This document shows, in pieces, positions 38,469 to 48,059 of a stretch of DNA of 64,000 bases (position 1 is the first letter of the stretch; each line of letters opens with the position of its first letter). Origin of the DNA: Planctomycetota bacterium (GTDB lineage: Bacteria > Planctomycetota > B15-G4 > JADJEK01); assembly GCA_044225365.1 (NCBI GenBank), contig JBGAIQ010000008.1:1-64000 (forward strand). Direction: 5' to 3'. A program made the position numbers and the translations under genes. The notes under the pieces are model-generated. The model saw only the letters and a list, made by a program, of their open reading frames with translations, made no database searches and had not been told where the DNA came from.

Positions 38469-39515
38469 TCAGTCGACGAGCCCGCGGATCGCCGTGAAGC
38501 GCTCGAGTTCGATGCGGGGAGTCCAATGGTCCTTCGCAGTCGGTTCCTCGCGGCAGAGATCGGTCGTCAGGTACTTCTTGTTCGAGTCCGGGAAGACCGT
38601 GGCGACGACCGCCTCACCGCCCATCGATTCGTTCACCTTCGCCGCACCGAGGAAGTTTGCGCCCGACGAGATGCCGACGGCGAGGCCGAGCCGCTTCGAG
38701 AGCTGCTGCGCCATCTGGATCGAGTCGCCGTCGTCGGCGTCGACGATCGAGTCGAGCTCCGCGAGATTCACGATCGACGGAACGAATTCGTCGGAGATGC
38801 CTTGGATGCGGTGATGGCCCACGCAATGACCCACCCGCAGGGTTGGCGAGTTCGCGGGCTCGAGAGGATGGACGCGCACCTTCCTTCCGCACCGCCGCAG
38901 ATACCTCCCCACTCCCATCACGGTTCCACCGGTGCCGACCCCCGCCACGAAGGCGTCGGCCGCGACCGAGAACGCGTCGAGCTGCGCCGCGATCTCGGGC
39001 CCGGTCGAGGTTGCGTGAGCCTCCACGTTCGCGGGGTTGTCGAATTGTCGCGGGAGGAACACGCGCTCGTTCTCCTTGGCCCACTTCTCGGCGAGTGCGA
39101 TCGCGCCGACGAAGCCTCCCTGTTCCGCGGAGACGGGGATCACGGTCGCGCCGAGGCTCTTCAGGAGGAGCACTCGCTCCTGACTCATCCAGTTCGGCAT
39201 CCAGATCCGAACGTCGCAACCGATCGCCCGCCCGAGCGCCGCGAACGCGATTCCCGTGTTCCCGCTCGAGACCTCCGCGATGGTGGTTCCACGATGCAAC
39301 TCACCGCGGAGGAGCGCCCGGTGCAGGATGAATGCCGCCATCCGGTCCTTCGTGCTCCCCGTCATGTTCTCCTGCTCGTACTTCGCGAAGACTCGCCGCG
39401 GACGACCATCGATTCGGTAGTCGATCCGCAGCAGCGGCGTGGAGCCGATGAGCGGCAGCACGCCATCGAGCAGTTCAGTCGCTCGCGATGCGCGGAGTTC
39501 TTCGAGCTTGGACAT
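38469..39515 (-). CDS. PLP-dependent cysteine synthase family protein
   Basis: IGSTPLL, NMTGSTKDR, SSGNTGIA, GVGTGGTVMG, HRIQGI, GISSGAN. Confidence 0.92.
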   Translation of the reverse strand: MSKLEELRASRATELLDGVLPLIGSTPLLRIDYRIDGRPRRVFAKYEQENMTGSTKDRMAAFILHRALLRGELHRGTTIAEVSSGNTGIAFAALGRAIGCDVRIWMPNWMSQERVLLLKSLGATVIPVSAEQGGFVGAIALAEKWAKENERVFLPRQFDNPANVEAHATSTGPEIAAQLDAFSVAADAFVAGVGTGGTVMGVGRYLRRCGRKVRVHPLEPANSPTLRVGHCVGHHRIQGISDEFVPSIVNLAELDSIVDADDGDSIQMAQQLSKRLGLAVGISSGANFLGAAKVNESMGGEAVVATVFPDSNKKYLTTDLCREEPTAKDHWTPRIELERFTAIRGLVD

Positions 39516-39621
39516 GCCGCATCTCCCGCGGCGCGCGGTAAGAACGGCGCGCGGGTTTCCCCGCGCGATCGCTGACGGCGCCGCCAGCGCCTCGCGACGC
39601 AAACGCGAAACCGAAAGGTCG

Positions 39622-42408
39622 TCAGTCCTTCGCGGCGTTCCGCGCGAGGAGGCGCGACAGCATGGAGAGGCATCGCCTTCCGGACGCGACCTTGACCGAG
39701 GTGATGGGATTCCGACGGTAGCGCCCTAGCCGCTCGAGATGCATGTCGACGAGCGCGTCGTCGAGTCCATCGAGCACCGAATACCCCGGCTCGCCCGCGT
39801 GCAGTCGCCGCAGGAGCCTCAGGAAACCCACGCGCTTCCAGTCTTCCATGCGAGCGGTCACGGACCGCTTCGGATCGAGGATGCGCATGAGGCTCGCTTC
39901 ACGAGGATCGAGCCGCATCTCGACGTCCTCGACGCGCACGCCGACGCAATGCTCGCCATCGAGGATGGGCTCGAGGAGTGCGCGCTCGCCCTTTCCGTCG
40001 ATCGTCGTCCTGTCCTCGGCTCGGTCGCTCACGAATCGGGCTTTCGATCCGTGGGAGGCGAACTCGACCTGGATCGATCCGACGGCGTAGTCGCGCGGCT
40101 CCCCCACGACGACGAACCGCCCATCCTCGAACTCGTAGCGCCGGGTCACAGTGCCTTCGATCGCGTCCTTCCCGTCGGACCCGTCGCGACGGCTCGCGCG
40201 AGCGGCGACCAGTTCGTTCGTGCCGAGGATCGCGCGCGCCATCGCCACGCTGTGATACTTGTACGCCGACCGGAAGAACGATGCGCTGCGCACCGGACCC
40301 AAGGCACGGCGTCGGGCGAATTCGAAGACGGCGTCGTACCACGGCAGCGTGATGCAATCCTCCGGCACGCTCGCGCTCCCGAAGCGATCGATGAGGTCGA
40401 GGTACCGCACGTGCTTCCACAGGAGGACCGGCGTATCGATGAGGAGCGCCTTCTTCCCGACATCGAATCGCGTGAGAGCGGTGAGAACGCTCGGAACCGC
40501 GCCTTTCCCCACCGCCACGTAGAACAGGTCGGTGTCCTCGACGTCGGATGCTTCGAGATCGAGCAAACGCTTCGTCTCGAAGAAATGACCGTCGACCTCG
40601 ATCGGACGCTCGCTCCGCCCGAGCACGGCGCGGATCTCGTAGTGCTCCGCCGCGGCGAGGAACGCCGGGATCGCCGTTTCGACGACTCGTTTGCCGGCAC
40701 CGACGATCGTCACTCTCGTTTTCTTCGACGCGCTCGATTCCGTCGCCACGGCGGCGGACGGCTCTCGCCGTGGCTGCGCTGCGATTCCGAACACATCGCT
40801 CTTCAGATGATCGGCGAGACGGATGGACAGCGCGACGATCGTGAACGTGGGATTCGCGCAGCCGCTCGTGGGGAACACGGACCCGCCGGCGAGGAACACG
40901 TTCTGCACGCCGTGGACACGGCAGTTCGGATCGACCACCGAGGTCTTGGGATCGCGACCCATGCGGGTAGTCCCGAGATGGTGCGAGGCGTCCTGATCGA
41001 TCGGCCATTGCGGTTCCGTCTCGAGATCGCCATCGAGCGAACCCACTCCGGTGCGGACGAATTCGTCGCGCAGCACGCGATGGAGTTCGATCAACGAACG
41101 CTTGTCCTGCTCGCTCACCTGGTGGCGGACGAGCGGCAACGGATTCCCGAATCGATCGCGCTCGTTCGCGCCGCTCGCGAGCAGGACCCGATTCTCCGGC
41201 CGCGGCTCCATCTCCATGAAGTTGCGCAGTCGCACGCGTTTCACGCGCGGCTTGCTGCGCGCGACGACTCGATACCACAGGTACCACAGCACCGATCGCA
41301 GATCGAAGAGGATCACGAACGGCAGCGAGAGCCACGCGAGCGCGCTCTTCTTCTCGTTCTGCAGCGCCGAATCGTCGCCCGTTTCGGAATAGTCGCGCAG
41401 TTCGACGAGCCCTTTGCGCTGCATCCGGTCCTTCCAGTTGCGGAAGAAGAACGCGCTGCGCAGCGGCTCGAAACGCACGTACGAGTTGAGGACTCGTCGA
41501 GATCGCTGCTCGGGCTCGGAGAGCCGCAAGCCGGCATATCCCGCGTAACCCTCGGTCATGCACCCGAAGAAGTACGGCAGGGAGTCGACTGGGTCCTTCA
41601 GAGTGAGGATGCCGTAGTAGTTCTTCGGATGGTTCATCAGGTAGCGGCCAACCTGATCGTGCGCGTTGCCGAGACCATCGTCCCCGAAGTCCTTCGAGAG
41701 CAGGAGGAGCCGCGCGTTCTCGATGCCGCCGGTCGCAAGCACGAAGACCCGTCCGCGAATCTCGCGGCTTTCACCCCCCTGCGATACGACGCGCACGGAA
41801 TGCGCCCGCGACGCATCTCCCGCGACCTTCGTGATCGAGGTCACCGTGGTGACGAGATGGAGATCGACGTCCGGTCGGTCGTAGAGTGCCCGCTGCTCGC
41901 GTCCGAAATCCTGAGGATCGGAACACGCGAGGAAGACCTTCTCGTCGAGGCCACGCCAATCCGGTGCGATCCGACTCGCGGCCCGCAACGTCGCGAATCC
42001 CATCGGTCCGAAGCGGGAGAGCGCCGCGAATCGATAGCGCCTCGCCCGCTCGTAGTACGGCAGCAGCGCGTCGCGTGGAATCGGCCATCCCGAGTTGGGG
42101 ACGAACTCGCGCACTTCCATGTCGATCGGATCGAGCGGACTCGAGAGCCCGGCCCACGTCGTCGACGCCCCGCCCACGACCCGCTCCCGCGAGTAGTCCT
42201 TGATGGCGATCCCCTCGGAGATCACGCGCTTCAGCGCATCGGCGTCCTTCGTCGTCTCGAAATCGCCGCTCTCGACGACCGCGATCCGAAGACCGGACGA
42301 CGCGAGTTCACGCGCCACGGTCGCGCCCGCAGGCCCGGATCCGATGACGACCACGTCGTACTCGAAAGGCACGCTCGTGCCGTCGCTCTTGGAATCGAAG
42401 ACGACCAA
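39622..42408 (-). CDS. GMC oxidoreductase fused to a C-terminal Gfo/Idh/MocA-like NAD(P)-binding domain
   Basis: VIGSGPAG, GGASTTW, ATGGIENARLLL, VGRYLMNHP, HHLGTTRMG, GSVFPTSGCANPTFT; then VTIVGAG Rossmann-like domain. Confidence 0.85.
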   Translation of the reverse strand: MVVFDSKSDGTSVPFEYDVVVIGSGPAGATVARELASSGLRIAVVESGDFETTKDADALKRVISEGIAIKDYSRERVVGGASTTWAGLSSPLDPIDMEVREFVPNSGWPIPRDALLPYYERARRYRFAALSRFGPMGFATLRAASRIAPDWRGLDEKVFLACSDPQDFGREQRALYDRPDVDLHLVTTVTSITKVAGDASRAHSVRVVSQGGESREIRGRVFVLATGGIENARLLLLSKDFGDDGLGNAHDQVGRYLMNHPKNYYGILTLKDPVDSLPYFFGCMTEGYAGYAGLRLSEPEQRSRRVLNSYVRFEPLRSAFFFRNWKDRMQRKGLVELRDYSETGDDSALQNEKKSALAWLSLPFVILFDLRSVLWYLWYRVVARSKPRVKRVRLRNFMEMEPRPENRVLLASGANERDRFGNPLPLVRHQVSEQDKRSLIELHRVLRDEFVRTGVGSLDGDLETEPQWPIDQDASHHLGTTRMGRDPKTSVVDPNCRVHGVQNVFLAGGSVFPTSGCANPTFTIVALSIRLADHLKSDVFGIAAQPRREPSAAVATESSASKKTRVTIVGAGKRVVETAIPAFLAAAEHYEIRAVLGRSERPIEVDGHFFETKRLLDLEASDVEDTDLFYVAVGKGAVPSVLTALTRFDVGKKALLIDTPVLLWKHVRYLDLIDRFGSASVPEDCITLPWYDAVFEFARRRALGPVRSASFFRSAYKYHSVAMARAILGTNELVAARASRRDGSDGKDAIEGTVTRRYEFEDGRFVVVGEPRDYAVGSIQVEFASHGSKARFVSDRAEDRTTIDGKGERALLEPILDGEHCVGVRVEDVEMRLDPREASLMRILDPKRSVTARMEDWKRVGFLRLLRRLHAGEPGYSVLDGLDDALVDMHLERLGRYRRNPITSVKVASGRRCLSMLSRLLARNAAKD

Positions 42409-42420
42409 ATCGCCGATCCG

Positions 42421-42774
42421 TCAGTTCGGGGAACGAAACACGAAGTACACCGCCCCGAAGATGCAGAGCGACGCCCACAGATAATCGAGCTTCAGGGGCT
42501 GTTTCATGTAGAGCACTGCGAAGGGAATGAACACCGTCAACGTGATCGCTTCTTGCAGGATCTTGAGCTGGGAGATGCTGAAGTTGGTCGCCCCGATCCG
42601 ATTCGCCGGAACCTGGATCATGTACTCGAAGAACGCGATCCCCCACGAGACGAGTGCGGCGACGATCCACGGCTTCGTCCGCAGGTCCTTCAGGTGCGCA
42701 TACCACGCAAACGTCATGAAGACGTTCGACAGGACGAGGAGGCCCGCGGTCTGGAGCAGGATCTTGAAGTTCAT
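42421..42774 (-). CDS. DMT-family membrane protein (DUF486-like)
   Basis: SNVFMTFAWYAHLK, SWGIAFFEY..QVPANRIG, QLKILQE. Confidence 0.92.
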   Translation of the reverse strand: MNFKILLQTAGLLVLSNVFMTFAWYAHLKDLRTKPWIVAALVSWGIAFFEYMIQVPANRIGATNFSISQLKILQEAITLTVFIPFAVLYMKQPLKLDYLWASLCIFGAVYFVFRSPN

Positions 42775-42877
42775 TTCGCACGCTTCTCGCCGCCCATGCG
42801 CGCCTCGAATCCGTGAGGGAACGCAGGGTCTTCGAGCACGATAGCGAGAACGCGTCTCGTCCCGAAGAGCGACGTCG

Positions 42878-45202
42878 TCACGGCATCCGGCGACGCGCTC
42901 GCGTGTCCGCGATCGATCGCCAGGCGACGAGAGCGCGCGCCGCATCGTTCGCGGACAGCGGCATCGATTTCAACCGGGAGCAGGCGAGGGCGGTCTCGCG
43001 ATCGAAGAGATCGAGGAGTCCGTCCTGCCGCAGTGCGAGGGCTGCGCGTCCGATCCCCGCGGCGATCATCAACCGATCGACCGGATCGGCGACGCCATTC
43101 CGTTCCACGACGACCTCCCCGTCCCGATCGTAGGCCACTTTGGCGGCGAACTCCCCGTTCTCGTACCGCGCATCGGTGAGCAGGTACGCAAGGGCGTCCT
43201 GCATGCCGATTCGCGCCGCTCCCCCGCCCGGGCCCTCACTCTCCCGGTAGAGCGCTTCGAAAGTGATGCCCGCGGTCACCCAAGGGCTCGCGACGTAGGA
43301 CCCGGCACCGTCGTCCCGCACGTCACGGCGATCGATCTTGAACACACCGCGCGGACTCTGCGTCGCGAGGAGGTCCTTCACGAGATGCTCTCGTGCCGCA
43401 CGATGCGGTTCCGATCCGAAACGCAGGGCAAGGTCGGAGAGGGCGACGAGGAACCAGGCGTAGTCCCGTTCGTGCGTGAAGAGACTCGCCTCGCGCGCGA
43501 CGGCGAGCAGACCCGCGTCGAATCGCTCCACGGTCGAATCGAGATCGAGATCGTTCGCGAGCAGCGAGCCGAGCGCGAGCCCACCCGCGAAGACGTGGCC
43601 CGGCTCGAATTCGTAGGTGCGATGGTCGTCGCCGTGGAGGTAGGGCACGCCATCGGGCAGTCCGCCGTCGCCCGTCCCGGCGTCGGCGACATCGCATGCG
43701 ATGAAGTGCCGCAGCATGTCCGCTCCGACGATCGCGTGTCGGGCGTCTCCGCGATCGGACAAGCTCTCGAGCTGGAACGCGAGCTGCGGGTCGTACTCGA
43801 GATTCGCGAAACCGCGGCCGAGCCGATAGTCGCCGTAGTCGCGATGTCCGTGCATTCGCAGGACCGCGGAATCGACGCATTGCAGCAGCTTGGGGAGGGG
43901 ATCGGACCCATCGCGCTCGGCCGGCGCGAGACACGTCCAATGCGGGAGCGCTTCCGTGAGGATCGCGGCGTCGCCGGTGCGGAGCGCGGGCAGGGGCTCG
44001 CGAACCAGGCTGGCGCGACCCTCCGAACGTTCGTTCGAGAAGAAGAAGCCGAGCGACGCATCGAGCACGAGAGGCGCCGCTTCACTGACATACGCCTCGC
44101 TGCGCAGGATCGCGAAGCGCAGGCAGCCGTTCCCCCGCACACCGATTCCGCGCGGGTCGAGCGGCCGCAGGCGCGACGCGACTGCCGCGACTTCGAGTCG
44201 CGACACGTCGAAGGCGACGCCGCACCGCGCCGTCGAGTCGAGGGTCGTCTCCGCGGCGTCCTTGCCCTCACGAGCTCCGACCACGCGCTGACCGTCGAGC
44301 GCCAAGGCTTCGATCCCGTCGCTCGCTCCGAGGATCGCCTCCTTCGTATCTCCGGGCACGAATCTCGCGTGCAGCGGCGACGTTGCGGCGAACGGGATCT
44401 CGAAGGCGATGTCGCTGAATCGCGCGAGCGCCGTCGGGGTGATCTTGATCCGCAGATCGATGACGGGAACCCCCGCTCGTAACGTGAAGCGCAGGCGGTA
44501 GGCGAGCGCGCCCGGAGATAGCAGACCCGCGACGTCGACGACGGCCCGCAACGGCGTCCTCTGGACGACCTTCACCGAACGCGGCGAGGCGTCGGACGTC
44601 GACTCCCCATGCAGGCCGTGGGCGAGGACCCTCACATGCGCACTCTCCGCCCCTGCCCCCGCGCTGGCTCGCCGGAGGACGACGCCGTCCCGCACGATCG
44701 AACCCAAGAGATCGACTCCCTGTCGCGGGAAGTCGATCGAAATACCCGCGGTCTCCACCCGGACCGCCGATTCGCCGTCGCGCACGTCGAGGCGTGCGAG
44801 CGGATCCCGGGGTGTGCCTTCGACGAGTCGGAGGAGGGCGCCTCGGCCGGCGAGCTCCCGAGGAAGCTGCGCATCGATCCGCAGGGCCCGCGCGCTCCCG
44901 TCGTCGTAGAGCCCCACTCCCTCGCAATCACTGACGAGGACCGCCCCCGCCATCGTCTGCAAGCGGAACTCCTGCCCGGGCTTCACGGCGCCCCGGCGCA
45001 CGAAGCACACGCCGGAGGCGAAGCCCCCGCACACCGCGGGTGTCGAGCGATGCGACGGATCCGCGTCGAGACGCACGAGAGCGGATTCGGTCGCTTTCGC
45101 CAGCGATGGATGCGGCCCCAACCCCAAGGGGAGCACGAGGGCGAGGCCGAGGAGGACAGAACGGACGCCGAGTCGAGGGATTCGGATTCGAAGGATCTTC
45201 AT
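42878..45202 (-). CDS. Secreted protein with beta-sandwich and alpha/alpha-toroid regions, possibly RGLX/YetA-like carbohydrate lyase
   Basis: Signal peptide; G.RDYGDY, NLEYD, GH.F..GL motifs; family assignment tentative. Confidence 0.55.
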   Translation of the reverse strand: MKILRIRIPRLGVRSVLLGLALVLPLGLGPHPSLAKATESALVRLDADPSHRSTPAVCGGFASGVCFVRRGAVKPGQEFRLQTMAGAVLVSDCEGVGLYDDGSARALRIDAQLPRELAGRGALLRLVEGTPRDPLARLDVRDGESAVRVETAGISIDFPRQGVDLLGSIVRDGVVLRRASAGAGAESAHVRVLAHGLHGESTSDASPRSVKVVQRTPLRAVVDVAGLLSPGALAYRLRFTLRAGVPVIDLRIKITPTALARFSDIAFEIPFAATSPLHARFVPGDTKEAILGASDGIEALALDGQRVVGAREGKDAAETTLDSTARCGVAFDVSRLEVAAVASRLRPLDPRGIGVRGNGCLRFAILRSEAYVSEAAPLVLDASLGFFFSNERSEGRASLVREPLPALRTGDAAILTEALPHWTCLAPAERDGSDPLPKLLQCVDSAVLRMHGHRDYGDYRLGRGFANLEYDPQLAFQLESLSDRGDARHAIVGADMLRHFIACDVADAGTGDGGLPDGVPYLHGDDHRTYEFEPGHVFAGGLALGSLLANDLDLDSTVERFDAGLLAVAREASLFTHERDYAWFLVALSDLALRFGSEPHRAAREHLVKDLLATQSPRGVFKIDRRDVRDDGAGSYVASPWVTAGITFEALYRESEGPGGGAARIGMQDALAYLLTDARYENGEFAAKVAYDRDGEVVVERNGVADPVDRLMIAAGIGRAALALRQDGLLDLFDRETALACSRLKSMPLSANDAARALVAWRSIADTRARRRMP

Positions 45203-45427
45203 GCCGCATGAACGCGCCGGCGACTCTTGGGTGACAGGATTTCGGTTCGGCCACGATCGTGCCGATGCAAGGCTCACGACTCGCACGGCAACCCTGTTTG
45301 CAAGGCGCGGAACCTGCGGTAGACTCCTTCGAGGTCGTCGTGGCTGCCCTTGGCTCGTTCGCGGCCGCAACGAAACGAATCAGGAGTTCGCCGCACCGCG
45401 GCGACACGTCACTCGGAGAGACTCAAC

Positions 45428-45568
45428 ATGGCAAGCTTCTGGCGCTTCCTGATGGAGAACAAGGTCTGGTGGATCACCCCGACCGTTCTCGTCATCGTCC
45501 TGCTCGTCGCGCTCATCTTCTTCACGGGCGGCAACCAGATCGCGCCGTTCGTCTACAGCCTGTTCTGA
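45428..45568 (+). CDS. DUF5989/SxtK-like small membrane protein (copy 1)
   Basis: GGAG RBS; FWRFLMENKVWWITP...APFVYSLF. Confidence 0.85.
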   Translation: MASFWRFLMENKVWWITPTVLVIVLLVALIFFTGGNQIAPFVYSLF

Positions 45569-45612
45569 GCCCTGATCCGCGCAAACGGAGCGGGCGGGGC
45601 GAAGTGAGTTCC

Positions 45613-45765
45613 ATGGCCCAGAGCAAGACCCCGACCTACTTCACATTCCTCAGGCGCCATCCTCTGTGGTGGCTCCTGCCCCCGATCTTGCTGTACGGCG
45701 CCGTCCTCGCTCTCGTGTTCTTCGGAAGCAACGGTGGCATCGCCGGCTTCGTCTACAAGGTCTGA
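45613..45765 (+). CDS. DUF5989/SxtK-like small membrane protein (copy 2)
   Basis: FTFLRRHPLWWLLPP...IAGFVYKV, same pattern as copy 1. Confidence 0.7.
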   Translation: MAQSKTPTYFTFLRRHPLWWLLPPILLYGAVLALVFFGSNGGIAGFVYKV

Positions 45766-46438
45766 CGTCGACGCTCCGATCGCTTTCTTCGGCGGCTCGT
45801 TCAATCCGGTGCATCGCGGGCACCTCTACGTCGCACGGCGCGCACTCGCACACTTTCGATACGCGGCGATCCACTTCCTCCCTGCGCGCTGCCCACCGCA
45901 CAAGTCGCCAACGGACCTCCTCCCCGAAGAACTGCGACTCGAGCTCCTGCGACTCGCGACGCGTCGCGAGAAGCGGTTCGTCGTCGACGACTTCGAGATC
46001 CGCCACCCCGAATATCGGTACACCTTCGACACGCTGTGCGCGCTCGAGAAGATCCATCCGACCCGGATCCCGCTGCACTTCCTGATCGGGGGCGATTCGC
46101 TCCGCGATCTGCCGAAGTGGTATCGGTCGCGCGAACTCGTCGAGCGGTTCGTCTTCGTCACGGTTCCCCGCGATCCCGCGCTGACGATCGACGATCTGCT
46201 TGCGCCCGCACGCGCCGTATTCGATGCGGCGTCGGTCGCCCGGCTGCGGGCGAACGTGCTTCCGGTCTCGCCCTTCGTCGCGCAGTCGACGACGATCCGG
46301 GCGGGCCTCACGCGGGACGAAGTGCGGCGTCTGCTGCCGCGAGCCGTCGCATCACGGCTGGAAGAGCTTCAGCTCCTCCGGACGCGCGGCTCGGACCATG
46401 ACCGACCGGGCGTCGACGACCACCACGCCCGCGAATAG
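45734..46438 (+). CDS. nadD: Nicotinate-nucleotide adenylyltransferase
   Basis: FGGSFNPVHRGH, PPHK, YTFDTL, FLIGGDSL..LPKW, STTIR; start uncertain. Confidence 0.92.
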   Translation: MASPASSTRSDVDAPIAFFGGSFNPVHRGHLYVARRALAHFRYAAIHFLPARCPPHKSPTDLLPEELRLELLRLATRREKRFVVDDFEIRHPEYRYTFDTLCALEKIHPTRIPLHFLIGGDSLRDLPKWYRSRELVERFVFVTVPRDPALTIDDLLAPARAVFDAASVARLRANVLPVSPFVAQSTTIRAGLTRDEVRRLLPRAVASRLEELQLLRTRGSDHDRPGVDDHHARE

Positions 46439-48034
46439 ATCGCCGAGGCGTTGGCGGCGTCGCGAGAGTGCCGCGAACAGCACGCCGATGAAACCCGTGA
46501 GCGGAAACAGGTCGACGAACAACATCACGTTTCGCGTCATCACGGCGCCGACCGATGGCGGATCGCCGTCGAGCGACATCACCTGCAGTTGGAACAGCTT
46601 CTTTCCGATGCTGCGACCGAAGACGCACTCGAAGAACGCGCTCACCATCGTCCCGACCAGGATGAAGATCATCACGGTCTCGAAGACGATCGCCTCGAGG
46701 ATCCTCGCGCCCGACGACAGCGGCTGCGTGAACGAGTCCTTCCCCCGCTCCAGCAATTCGAGCTCGGGCAGGTCGAGCGCGAGGCGCAGGACGATCCAGG
46801 TGAGCACGAGCGCCACGAGGCCATCGACGATGAACGCGAGCGCGCGACGCAGGAACGCGGCGGGACGATAGACGAACACTCGCTTCAGGATGGGCGGACG
46901 CCGCCCGACGAATCCGAAGAACATGTAGAGGAGCAGATGAGCGAGCAAGGGCCACTCGAATCGCCGATCGCGCGTATTCCAGGCCGCGAGGAGGAGCGGG
47001 ACGTCGGCGTCGCTCTCGTCGAGCGGGATTTCACGCGCGGAACGCGACGTGGCGACGAGCAGCGATGGGCGTTGATCGACGGCGATCTTCGGCATCACTC
47101 CGCATATGTGCTCGCCGCGCAGCAGTTCGATCGAGGTCGTTCGCGTCCATTCGAGACGCGGTGCATCGCCCGGGACGATGCTCACTCGGGCGATCTTCGC
47201 CCGCGGCGCCGAACCCGGTTCGGCCTCTTCCTGCACGGCGAGCAGGCCCATCGCCGAGCGCACGAAATAGGGTCGCCCACGCGGAGCGACGAGCGGGAGC
47301 GGCGCTGCGTAGCGGATCTGCGCCGGCGAATTCCCGGGCAGGAGTCCGAGGTACAGCGTCTTGTCGTCGCGCAGCGCCACGACGAAATGATCCGAGTCCT
47401 CGGCGAGGATCGCCGCGCGCGCCGGCCCGACGCGGCCCCCCATCCCTCCGAAGCCGCCGGGCTTGGTCAACGGTGAGATCGAGATCCCCACGCCATCGAA
47501 TTCCGCGAGCGAGATCTCGCCCGTTCGCTCGCTGCCGAGGATCAACATGCGGTAGTCGTTTCCGCTCGCGTCCTCCGGCAGGAACGACTTCGGGTACGGA
47601 ACGAACTGATCGATCTCGGCCACGCTTCCGAGCTCGCGGCCCGGCTCATGCACTCGATTGAGACCGCGCGCATCGAGGATGTAGATCCGTCGGACGAGCT
47701 CGGCCGCGGCGATCGCGTCGACTTCCAGGACGTCGCCCCCTCCCGGCAACCCATCGATCCCGAGGCCGACGAAGAAACACTCCGCGGCGGACGCGGGCGC
47801 GGCGACTTCGCTGTCGTCCCCGGCCTCTCCCGGCGGGCGGCCGGAAACCGCCGAGTGGAAGGGCGCGCTCGGATCGCTCGCGCTGAGGATCGCCACGCCA
47901 CCGCTGTTCGGCACCGGGCGAGTCCGCTCGACCGGCAAGACCGTGGCCGGCGGTGCAGGTGCATTCAGGGTCCCGTACGCGAGCACGAAGAAGTCGGCCG
48001 CGAACAGGATCAGGATCAGCGCGTTCTTGGAAAT
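46352..48034 (-). CDS. RDD-family membrane protein with large N-terminal extracytoplasmic region
   Basis: RRALAFIVD, GRSIGKKLFQLQV, RN, QRLGDLFAGVVV; start either ATT at 48034 (GAGG RBS) or GTG at 47986. Confidence 0.8.
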   Translation of the reverse strand: MSKNALILILFAADFFVLAYGTLNAPAPPATVLPVERTRPVPNSGGVAILSASDPSAPFHSAVSGRPPGEAGDDSEVAAPASAAECFFVGLGIDGLPGGGDVLEVDAIAAAELVRRIYILDARGLNRVHEPGRELGSVAEIDQFVPYPKSFLPEDASGNDYRMLILGSERTGEISLAEFDGVGISISPLTKPGGFGGMGGRVGPARAAILAEDSDHFVVALRDDKTLYLGLLPGNSPAQIRYAAPLPLVAPRGRPYFVRSAMGLLAVQEEAEPGSAPRAKIARVSIVPGDAPRLEWTRTTSIELLRGEHICGVMPKIAVDQRPSLLVATSRSAREIPLDESDADVPLLLAAWNTRDRRFEWPLLAHLLLYMFFGFVGRRPPILKRVFVYRPAAFLRRALAFIVDGLVALVLTWIVLRLALDLPELELLERGKDSFTQPLSSGARILEAIVFETVMIFILVGTMVSAFFECVFGRSIGKKLFQLQVMSLDGDPPSVGAVMTRNVMLFVDLFPLTGFIGVLFAALSRRRQRLGDLFAGVVVVDARSVMVRAARPEELKLFQP

Positions 48035-48059
48035 GTCGGTCCTCGATCGGGCGAGCGGT

